64,000 nucleotides of DNA, taken from Nitrospirota bacterium (GTDB lineage Bacteria > Nitrospirota > UBA9217). The stretch spans positions 2,112,001 through 2,176,000 of the forward strand of contig OY760142.1 in NCBI GenBank assembly GCA_963663225.1, written 5' to 3'. Shown piece by piece: positions 49,789-58,900 of the stretch (position 1 is the first letter of the stretch; every line of letters starts with the position of its first letter). The position numbers were made by a program, and so were the translations under genes. The notes under the pieces are model-generated. The model had not been told where the DNA came from. It did no database searches and saw only the letters and a list, made by a program, of their open reading frames with translations.

Positions 49789-51588
49789 CTATGTTTTTTG
49801 AGACGTTTTCATAGTCTGTCTGCGATACAGCGTATATTCCAGAACAATGCCGACCTGCTGCGCAAGTATCTCGAGTATATCAAGCTGCACAGGGGCTGCT
49901 TCTTTCTTCCCGAAATCACCGTATACAACCGCAATGACTTTTCGATTGCTTATCAAGGGCAGCAGGACAACAGCCGGACTCAGAGGGGCGCCGATTTCTT
50001 GGAAAAGTCCTTTGAGAGACTCATCGCTGCTTTCCCCATAAAATGCCGCTCCTTTTTCGAGCGCGTTCCGGAAAATCGAAGGTTTTGCAAGTGATATTTT
50101 GAGCCTCTCTGCGGGCGTAGGCCCCATGCTTTTTTCGGTGCTCAGTCCTATGGCCCGTTCACCTGCAAGTTCCGAAGGATGCACAATGAACGTGACTGCG
50201 CGTTCGAACATTTCAGAAACAGCCGCGAGAATCACCAGCGCCGCATCCGAAGGGTTGGTGATTTCGCGAAGCGATTTAATGTTGTCCTTCAACGCCTTCA
50301 GATGTTGTCCAACGGCATCGGATCTGTGCTGTAATTCTTTGATATATGACTTGAATGTGCCGAGAAAGGCTATTGTGTCCTGGACATACGTTTCTTTCCG
50401 TACTTCTTTCAGTGGTTTCGGGAAAACGGCTCTGGCACCGTCGTTATATGACTGAAGGATGAAGCTGTGCTCCTGTAGAGAGGCGAACTGAAGGAAAGGG
50501 ACAGCCGGATGTTTTCCCCGCACCCGATTCCGAAGGCTGATGATTTTCTCTTCGGGAAAACCGCCATCGGATTTGGAGGGGGAGTCAAAAACGACCACAG
50601 GCGCTCTCAGGGCGGCGAGACAGTCCGAAATAATTCGCTCGAGATCCGTCTCATCGTCGGTTGTGAATACGGGTATTCCATCTTCTTTGCAGATGGTCAT
50701 AATGGAATGCATAATCAGCTTATCATTGCTGAATAGAACGACAGTTTTGCCCGCCTGCTGCGCCGCAGCATCCGGCGTGGCTGTGTGATCCATGGATTTT
50801 TTTAAAAAAGAAACGATTTTTTCCTGCTCTTCAAAAGGAAAACCCGCGAGCATTTCCTTTATATTTTGGCGGTGAATCTCGACCGGATCGAAGGTTTTCA
50901 TTTCTGTAACGGGACGCGGCATCTTTTTTTCAAGTTGATCAAGATTGGCAAGTCCGAGATCGTCCGCGGTAATGAATGCGTGTTCTCCTTTTGTCCCCCC
51001 GCCGGTTTCCTCCGGCAGAACATCGGCATAAAGCGATTCAAAGGAGGGGACCTCTTTTCCGTTCGCCCGGTCACGTTCTCGCTCGTCAAAGACACGAAGC
51101 GCATCCATCAAAGCCATCTGTGCATCAATTCCCACATCCTGCTCCGTGCCGCTGAAAGCCGCACCGCCTTCGGAGGAGAACACGAACGTATCGGTATCGA
51201 ACGTAAAGGTGCCTTTGGTCCAGCTCATCAGTTCAATGATGGTCATCTCTACCAGTTTCCTGAGTCCGCGGAGAGCATCTTCCCGCTTGAGCTTGCCCAT
51301 TTGCATGAGGGTGACCATAAGCGGTTTTCGGTTGCCGGGATTGTCGTTCGAAGCGGCTATTGCCTGCTTGAGATCGTCAATTGTTATCACGCCTGCTTTT
51401 ACCAGGACGGTCCCGATCCGGATTCTGTCGCTGGTGTGATTTGCGCCGACAATATATCCATTGCTGAAAACGAGCTTGCTTTCCCCTTTATTCCCCTTAA
51501 CAAAAAAAATGCCCGACTTCCGTGTTGTGTGAACCAACTGGATGACGTCTGCTATAGGCAGGTTTTCTAATTCTCCGGTAAGTGCCAT
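49789..51588 (-). CDS. DUF4388 / MshEN-like / receiver-like / GAF multidomain signalling protein
   Basis: LTGEL....ADVIQL..TRKSG DUF4388 start, RIGTVLV..G.I, C-terminal LLPL....VIAVVYGD GAF-like region. Confidence 0.75.
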   Translation of the reverse strand: MALTGELENLPIADVIQLVHTTRKSGIFFVKGNKGESKLVFSNGYIVGANHTSDRIRIGTVLVKAGVITIDDLKQAIAASNDNPGNRKPLMVTLMQMGKLKREDALRGLRKLVEMTIIELMSWTKGTFTFDTDTFVFSSEGGAAFSGTEQDVGIDAQMALMDALRVFDERERDRANGKEVPSFESLYADVLPEETGGGTKGEHAFITADDLGLANLDQLEKKMPRPVTEMKTFDPVEIHRQNIKEMLAGFPFEEQEKIVSFLKKSMDHTATPDAAAQQAGKTVVLFSNDKLIMHSIMTICKEDGIPVFTTDDETDLERIISDCLAALRAPVVVFDSPSKSDGGFPEEKIISLRNRVRGKHPAVPFLQFASLQEHSFILQSYNDGARAVFPKPLKEVRKETYVQDTIAFLGTFKSYIKELQHRSDAVGQHLKALKDNIKSLREITNPSDAALVILAAVSEMFERAVTFIVHPSELAGERAIGLSTEKSMGPTPAERLKISLAKPSIFRNALEKGAAFYGESSDESLKGLFQEIGAPLSPAVVLLPLISNRKVIAVVYGDFGKKEAAPVQLDILEILAQQVGIVLEYTLYRRQTMKTSQKT

Positions 51589-51640
51589 GGTGCTCGGTAT
51601 CCCTTCGGAATTGCAAAATGTTAATTCAGAAAGCACAAAT

Positions 51641-51787
51641 TTCAATCCCTGCGACATGGAATCCCCCAGCTCACGTCGGGGAGGAATGCACTAAGTCGCG
51701 GGAGGTCGTGTCTATCGAGGGAGCCTCAGGCTCCTGCCGGAGGGACTCCACTAGCCCGGAGGCATCCGGCCATATCGTGCCTCAGAT
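51641..51787 (-). ncRNA. Candidate structured RNA / 5' leader containing copy B of the dispersed motif
   Basis: Hairpins CCGGA/TCCGG, GGAGCC/GGCTCC, TCCCC/GGGGA and GCGAC/GTCGC directly below a near-consensus promoter. Confidence 0.45.
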
Positions 51788-51793
51788 GAAGAT

Positions 51794-51822
51794 ATTATAG
51801 TATGATAGGAAAATAGAATCAA
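51794..51822 (-). promoter_or_regulatory. Sigma70 promoter
   Basis: Minus strand TTGATT-17 nt-TATAAT. Confidence 0.65.
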
Positions 51823-51986
51823 GCGCACTTCTCAAGCATCAGGCAGAAAGAATTTTGTATCTCGCCGGATAAAGGCTGAAGACTTTTCTGACTTACTACG
51901 GTGAAATAGGATATTGGGGCATGACTCATTTTTGGTATTCAGGCACCGCACTTCCGGTTGCTTCACGCAGTCCTGATTAGCTCTTA

Positions 51987-52802
51987 TCAGGGAATAGGAC
52001 AGAATGCAGAGTTGTGATGCCGAAGCACGATGTCCTTGAGTTCCTCCTGCCGTGCCGGGGAGAGGCCAAGCATGCCGATTTCTATCACTAGTTCTTCATA
52101 TGTTCCCTGACCGCCGAGATAGCCGTTTACGCGTGTGACTGCCGTTGATTGCAGGAACTCATGCGTCGCAGGATAGATTTTTTGAAACTCTTCCAGAAAC
52201 TGGGGAAAACGTCGTAGATCGTATTTTTGGTGGTAATCCTCTGCCAGGTTGAAACCGTCATACGGGACAATCTCTGTTGCCAGCCGGGTGCGCAGCCGAC
52301 CGGCGGTTTTTGCCTTTGATTCTTCTGCGATGCGTTTTTGATTCTCGTCATGATAGAAAATAACCGATGCATATTGGCGGGACCAGGCGGGACTTGCAGG
52401 ATCGTGGTTTGTCCAGAACACATCCAGCAGCTGCTTATAGGTTATTCTCGTAGGATCATAATCGATTTCGATCGTTTCACTATGATCACCGAGGGAGTAA
52501 TAGGTCGGGTTTTCCTTGTTCCCGCCCGCGTATCCCACGCGTGTTCGAATTACACCGGGAAGACCCCCGAACCGGGAGTCGGGTCCCCAGAATCAACCCA
52601 GAGCGAACGTCGCCATTTCTAATTTCGCGGGAACAAGGGAGTCGATACGAGGCTTGTGGAGCGGATCATCGAAATATCCCGTATTTTTAGTGTTCTTATT
52701 CACGGCAGATATCTCCTGTCCCTGCGAAAAGAAGAATGTACCTCCAACACACAGCAGGAAAACCATCTCGAGGAACAATTTTTTTTTGCAGCAATTCACC
52801 AT
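51987..52802 (-). CDS. msrA: Selenocysteine-containing peptide-methionine (S)-S-oxide reductase MsrA (UGA at 52593-52595)
   Basis: In-frame ATFALG-TGA-FWGPDSRFG..PGVIRTRVGYAGG places TGA at the catalytic GCFW Cys; AEDYHQKY downstream. Confidence 0.9.
52562..52580 (-). promoter_or_regulatory. Putative bacterial SECIS hairpin
   Basis: GACUCCCG-GUU-CGGGGGUC 8-bp stem starting 12 nt after the UGA, with a G/U-containing apical loop. Confidence 0.65.
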
Positions 52803-53146
52803 GATTTTTTATTATCGGTAAGCTTTCGGGCCGGTGATATTATTTCGCCTATTTTTATCATACACCTTTGGAGGGGGCCAAGACCATGCTTTTTTCGTGA
52901 GGTTGCGAGAATTAATCAAGACAAGGCAGATCGCACCTGGCAGAACAATAACAAAACGCATCTGTGAAAGGAAACAATATTAGGCTTTGATCAACAAAAA
53001 TTATTATACCTCATTGTACAAAAACACAAGCAGGAAAACAGGGCGCCGTGAACGATAATGCGGGAAAATGAACCTTGTTTTGCACAAATGTTCACAAAGA
53101 TTTTTTAGCCATGTTGACCGCATGTTCTGTACACGACGCCTTGCCG

Positions 53147-54364
53147 TTATCGCACTTCCACTCGACCCGTCATATATTCATGGATCGAACAGAAGTAATC
53201 ATAACTCCCTTTGCGGTCGAAAGTCCGGCTGAACATTTTTCCGGGAAAGAGCGAGCCGGAACCGGGCGTGCCGTCAGTGAATGCGACCGTGTGCGGACCG
53301 CCGTCATTGTTTTTCCATGTGACAGTTTCACCGGGAACAATGATGACGACCGGCGGTGCAAATGCGAAGTTTTCAATAGAAACCATTGCACCGGCTGCAC
53401 GCGGCTGCACGACGACTTTGCGCGGTTGCTGTCCGACCGCTACCGTTGTACTCGTGCCTCCGGCGATATTGACAATGGAGAGCGTATCCGATCCTTCATT
53501 TGTCACATATGCGGTTTTGCCGTCGCCGGATACCGCCAACCAGTGCGGCTGTTCGCCGACTTTGATGCTGCGAACGTATTTGTTCGTCATTGCATCAAAT
53601 AAGAACAACTCTCCCGGTCCCTGTACGATTGCCATGCCGAACATTGTATTGCGAAGATGGTTTACGTAATGCGGGGATACTCCGGTTGGTATCTCTTTGA
53701 CGATCTTGTTTGAAGCCGGATTGAGTATTTCAATTGCATTGATGCCTGCTTCGGTAAAAAAAATTGCTTTGCCGTCGTAGCCGTATTCCAGATCACGCGG
53801 TGTCTTATCAAGCGGAATAGAGCGGACAAGGGCGCGTTTTGACAGGTCGAGGACCGCCAGGGAGAAATGACCCGGTGCCTGCGAGGATACATACGCAGTT
53901 TTGCCGTCAGGGCTTACTCCGATGGTATGCGGCTTACCGACATTTACCGTGGCAATGACTGATTGTTTCGCAGTGTCGACAAAAGCGATTTTGTCTTCAC
54001 CGTTTACGGCTACCAACAGCAGCTCTTTCCCCGGTACGAGGGTGACGCCGTGCGGTGATTTCCCGACCTCAATGGTTTTCATAACACGATCAGCGGATGT
54101 GTCGATGACGCTGACGATCGAAGATCCATCGCTGCTTACATAAACCCATCGCCCGTCCGGAGTAATGGCCATGCCGTGAGGGCCGGCAGGGACCGGTATT
54201 GTTGTGACAACCGCACGTGTGGTCGTATCGATCACGCTCACTGTATTGTCCTTAAAATTACCAACATAGGCTTTTGGCCCGGCATTGACAATGCCTGAAA
54301 ACAGACAAAGCGTCAGTGCTGCAAGCACAAGCCGGAACAGCCTAGCATGTACACGCGAATACAT
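53147..54364 (-). CDS. Exported YVTN beta-propeller fused to a plastocyanin-like cupredoxin
   Basis: Signal peptide; repeated 'VG..PHG......DG..AYV' blades; C-terminal PHTV...YFCSIHEYM. Confidence 0.85.
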   Translation of the reverse strand: MYSRVHARLFRLVLAALTLCLFSGIVNAGPKAYVGNFKDNTVSVIDTTTRAVVTTIPVPAGPHGMAITPDGRWVYVSSDGSSIVSVIDTSADRVMKTIEVGKSPHGVTLVPGKELLLVAVNGEDKIAFVDTAKQSVIATVNVGKPHTIGVSPDGKTAYVSSQAPGHFSLAVLDLSKRALVRSIPLDKTPRDLEYGYDGKAIFFTEAGINAIEILNPASNKIVKEIPTGVSPHYVNHLRNTMFGMAIVQGPGELFLFDAMTNKYVRSIKVGEQPHWLAVSGDGKTAYVTNEGSDTLSIVNIAGGTSTTVAVGQQPRKVVVQPRAAGAMVSIENFAFAPPVVIIVPGETVTWKNNDGGPHTVAFTDGTPGSGSLFPGKMFSRTFDRKGSYDYFCSIHEYMTGRVEVR

Positions 54365-54763
54365 AATGTGCCTTCTTTCTCAAAGTGGAACGCGTTTTCC
54401 GCGTAGTAGCTACTTTGCTTTCTTTGTTGTTGATTTAATGATATCAGACGAGGCTCGGGAGTCAATAAGAGGAAAGTATGCTCCAAGTTCTATTTCGGCT
54501 TGAGCGCATTATTAGAATATTGTGTCCTGTCTGTCTTTCCAGAATGAAACGATTCTTTCATGAGTTTTTCCGGATTATTTTAGCGAATCCTGCGTGATGG
54601 CAATGTTTTATGATGAAGTACTTTCTATCAGCTTTTTTAGAAACGCTAATGGAGAATAATTGCAACTTTAGTCCCATTGACTCACAGTCTCCATGGTGCT
54701 TAAAATTAAAACAGTTTCCTATGCACCGCAAATTATGATGAGAAGAGAAAGGAGGTGGAAAGA

Positions 54764-54946
54764 GTGGCTGAAGACCAGTTTGATGCTACGCAGTATTATA
54801 TAGTCAAAAAAGGCGACACCCTCTGGAAAATTGCCGAAAACTATTATGGCGACGGTAAACTGTACAAAAAAATATTTGAAGCGAACGCCGATATTCTCAA
54901 AAACCCCGATGTGATCCAAATTGGACAAAAACTGCGGATTCCATAA
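54764..54946 (+). CDS. Small single-LysM-domain protein
   Basis: YIVKKGDTLWKIA..YYG....Y..IFEAN.....PD.I..GQKLRIP; RBS AGGAGG, GTG start. Confidence 0.85.
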   Translation: MAEDQFDATQYYIVKKGDTLWKIAENYYGDGKLYKKIFEANADILKNPDVIQIGQKLRIP

Positions 54947-55025
54947 AATATCGTGTAAGCATCCCCTGGCATCCGGCTGAGTTTCTCCGACGGCAAAACA
55001 AATACTTTAACGAAAGGAAAATATT

Positions 55026-55409
55026 ATGAATAAGAAAATAGTCGTTTTGATAGCTGTTCTCTGCGTATGCGCCATTATGTTATTTGCCTGCACCGCAAGC
55101 AAGGAATCTGCGGAAATGACCGCAAAATGGACGGCTTTAGACACCGGCATTCCTAAAATGCTGGAATCCCTTCAGAGCAGAGTGGACATTCTTTCCCAGT
55201 CTAAAAAACTTCCCGCGAGCATTTCAGCTGAGGCATTCACTCAGGTAAAATCCGCTCTTGCTTCCGCCAAGGACGAATGGACCAAGGCAAAAGAGACATA
55301 TAAGACCGGAAAAGTTGCTGACGCTATTAAAATGGGGACGTCGGTAAAAGAGAAGCTCGTCAAAGCCATGGAAACTCTCGGAATGACCGTGCCGGCCGGT
55401 ATGAAGTAA
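55026..55409 (+). CDS. Lipoprotein, hypothetical
   Basis: MNKK + hydrophobic core + LFAC lipobox. Confidence 0.75.
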   Translation: MNKKIVVLIAVLCVCAIMLFACTASKESAEMTAKWTALDTGIPKMLESLQSRVDILSQSKKLPASISAEAFTQVKSALASAKDEWTKAKETYKTGKVADAIKMGTSVKEKLVKAMETLGMTVPAGMK

Positions 55410-55494
55410 TAAAAAATAGAATGGAAACCAAAAAAGGCGCATTTCAAGAAAAATCGTGCGTGTGCTCCTTTTACGAAGAACCTATTAATTAAGT

Positions 55495-55533
55495 AAAACC
55501 CCCTCCAGACGCGACCTCCACGACTGGAGGGGG
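55495..55533 (-). terminator. Minus-strand terminator-like hairpin
   Basis: CCCCCTCCAG / CTGGAGGGGG 10-bp stem followed by TTTT on the minus strand. Confidence 0.55.
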
Positions 55534-55765
55534 AGGGCTCTGTTGCTGGGATTGCAAACAGCGGATTAGACTTTCTTTTCTATATTCACTTGCTCCTGAC
55601 TCTCGCATTGCTCCTCGGTTCCTTCTTTCTCCTTCGCAAAGACAATGAGTTTTTCCAATAGACAGCAGATCAGGACATCAGCGTTTGTACAGAAAACAGT
55701 TTCATTATTTTTTTCGAACCCATGTTATTGATTATACGCGTTCTTCCTTAAATACGAAAAAAAGC

Positions 55766-55796
55766 TTACGCAACAGATTGTTGCAAAGTTGCGTAA
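55766..55796. promoter_or_regulatory. Nested palindrome, candidate transcription-factor site
   Basis: TTACGCAAC-N13-GTTGCGTAA overlapping GCAACA-GAT-TGTTGC, just upstream of TTGACA at 55801. Confidence 0.45.
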
Positions 55797-55991
55797 AAAT
55801 TTGACAATATGCTCATCCCTTTGGTAATCTTTAATAAAATATGCATACCCGAAAAGTTTATTGTTGTTCTCTTGCTGCGGTTATGCTAAGTGTCATGCGA
55901 ACATTGTTCAGTCATCCATGATTTAATTGTCTAGAGATGGTTAAAAACACCGATCCCTGAGACTCTGATTTCAGATGAGGTTACATCAAGA

Positions 55992-58900
55992 ATGGATACT
56001 GTACGCAAACGATACATTCTCCGCATAACCATCGGCTATGCGGTCATTGCCGCGCTGTGGATACTTCTTTCCGATCAGCTTCTGTCAATGTTCGTTGATA
56101 TTTCCTCGATTATCTGGTTGGCAACGGTAAAAGGTCTGGCATTTATTCTGGCAACCGCAGTACTCTTGTATTTTGCCTTGGATAGTGTACCGGGCAAGAA
56201 CGGCATATCACAGCCCGGTCCCGAACCCATTGACGCAATGCCGTTCGATACTTTTTCAGCTATATCGGAAACAACGGAGCACATGCCGCGCTGGATCTTT
56301 TATGCATTTGCTGTTTTATTGACTGGGGCAATGCTGTTGGTGCGTGCAGAAATAACCGTCTCGTTTGGTGATAGACCCCTCCTGATACTCTTCGTGCTAC
56401 CGATCGTCCTCAGCGCACTTCTGGGAGGAGCAGGCCCCGGTCTTGTCTCCACCGCCGTGTCGGCCCTCGGCGCGGCATATTTTATGTCTCCTTCACACAG
56501 CTTTTATATAGCAGTGGTCTATGACCGGTTCCAATGGGGAATGCTGATTGCAAATGGCGTCATCATCAGTTTTCTGAGCGAAGCAACTCGCCGCGCTTTC
56601 AGGCGGGCAAAGGCGATGAGTCGCCATCTTGAGGCTATTGTCACCGGGACTCCCGACGCCGTGTATATCAAAGATGCGACAGGGCGGTATCAGCTTTTTA
56701 ATGAAGGTGCTGCGCGGCTTGTCGGAAAACCTGCTGCCGAGATAATAGGGCGCGACGACAATGCGATTTTTTCGGGCGAGGCTGCTGCCCGATTGAAGGA
56801 ACTGGACAGATCAATTATGGAGAGCGGCAAGACACAGACCCGTGAAGAGTGTCTCACCACGATCAACAGAAAAGAAAAGGTTTTTCTGGCGACCAAAGGG
56901 CCGGTGTTTGATCATTTCGGCAATATTGCTGGTTTGTTCGGGATATCACGGGACATTACCGATTTAAAGGAGGCTGACCGGGAAAAAGAGAACGCCTTGG
57001 AATTGCTGCGCTTGTGTAATGAGTCCGCTACTATAAAGGATTTGATAGGAAACCTTGTTAAGCATTTCAAAAAGACAACAGGGTGCACTGCGGTCGGTGT
57101 GCGGCTGCGGCAGGGAGATGATTTCCCATATTATGAAACCCAGGGTTTTCCCGACGATTTTATACTGCTGGAAAACAGCCTTTGTTCATACGACGAGAAC
57201 GGCGGACTGATACGCGACAGCACGGGAGGCTCTGCGCTTGATTGCATGTGCGGCAATATTTTGCGCGGTCGTTTCGACCCTGCCAGGCCGTTCTTCAGCC
57301 AGCGCGGCAGTTTTTGGAGCAGCAACACTACGGAATTGCTGGCTTCTACGTCGGAGCAAGACCGACAGGGAAAGACAAGAAACCGCTGCAACAGCAGGGG
57401 ATATGAGTCAGTGGCATTGATACCGATACGTGCCGCCGGCGAGATCATGGGACTGCTTCAACTCAACGACCGGAGAAAAGGGCGTTTTAACACTGCGATG
57501 ATATCGACGCTTGAAGACCGCGTAAACTATGTTGGTATAACGCTCGAAAAACTGATAACGGAACAAGCCCTGTTTGACAGCGAAACCATGTACCGTTCAC
57601 TGTTTGAGAACATGCTGAACGGTTTTGCGTATTGCCGCATGCTTTTCGAAAACGAAAAAGCAGTGGATTTCATCTATCTGAGAGTCAATCACGCATTCGA
57701 AGTTCTAACCGGTCTCACGGATGTTGTCGGAAAACGGATCAGCGATGTCATTCCCGGCATTCGTGAGGCCGATCCTCAATTGCTTGAGATGTATGGCCGG
57801 GTGGCGATGACCGGAACACCGGAACGGTTCGAGTATTTCCTGAAAGCCCTGGACATGTGGCTTTGGGTATCAGTATACAGTCCGAAGCGGGAGCACTTTG
57901 TGGCGGTATTTGATGTTATTAACGATCGGAAAAAAGCTGAACAGGAAAAAGCGCTCTATCAGCGCCAGCTTGAGCTGCTTCTGGAGACAGCAGGAGACGG
58001 CATATTTGGAGTTGATCGGGCAGGGAAAATAACGTTTGCAAACCAGGCGGCGGCGATTCTGGTCAGCATACCAAAAAATGAATTGATCGGCTTGAGGAGC
58101 CATGAAATTTTCCACGCTCATCGCAGCAACGGTGCAGAATATCCCTGGCATGACTGCCCTCTCTGCAAGACCCTTGACGACGGGCTTTCCCGTTTTGGAG
58201 AAGAAACCTACTTCAAAGCGCATGGCTCGACATTTCCAATAGAATTTACCTGCACGGCGATAATCGAAGCAGGTATAACGAGCGGGGCGGTCATGATGTT
58301 CCGCGACATTACCGATCGGAAAAAAATGGAAAATGAATTGCGACAATCCCAAAAACTTGAAGGAATCGGGCAGCTTGCAAGCGGCATTGCTCACGATTTC
58401 AACAATGTTCTGAGTGCTGTTGTGGGTTTTGCCGGCATGCTTCAGATGAAGCTGGACAAGTCCGACAGCCTGCAACACTATGTCGACCAGATTATGGCTG
58501 CGGGCCAACGCGGCGCGGACCTGACACAACAGATTCTAGCATTCAGCAGGAAACAGGCGCTGAACAAGAAACCCGTTAGCCTGAATATGGTCATCAGGAA
58601 TCTCGAAAAGATGCTGCATAGGCTGGTCCGGGAGGATATCGCCATCCTATTGGACCTCTCCCAGAAAGACCTCGTGATTTTAGCTGACACAAGCCAGATA
58701 GAGCAGATATTGATCAACCTGGCGACAAACGCGCGCGATGCCATGCCGAAAGGCGGCAGGCTCATTATTGCCACGGAGCGGGTTGTTATGGACGAAAAAT
58801 ATATCGAAATGCACGGCAGCGGGAGTCCGGGAGAATATGTCCTTCTTACCGTGTCCGACACCGGCTGCGGTATGGATGCTGAAATCCGCTCACGCGTCTT

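Noticed and set aside
32430-51689. CRISPR array, because TTCAATCC resembles the GTTTCAATCC end of some repeats
   Set aside because: Copies are kilobases apart, with no regular spacers and no cas genes
51641-51790. 6S RNA, tRNA-Sec, or c-di-GMP/c-di-AMP/other known riboswitch
   Set aside because: Consensus elements (GEMM GNRA/receptor with GCAAA/GGAAA, tRNA T-loop and UCA anticodon, 6S long hairpin) could not be matched by eye
51987-52538. Truncated msrA pseudogene, as implied by the ORF track
   Set aside because: The single TGA falls exactly on the catalytic Cys with a SECIS-like hairpin, so selenocysteine explains it better
53147-54364. nosZ or nirS
   Set aside because: Too short, mononuclear type-1 Cu motif rather than CuA, no CxxCH, and no nos/nir accessory genes
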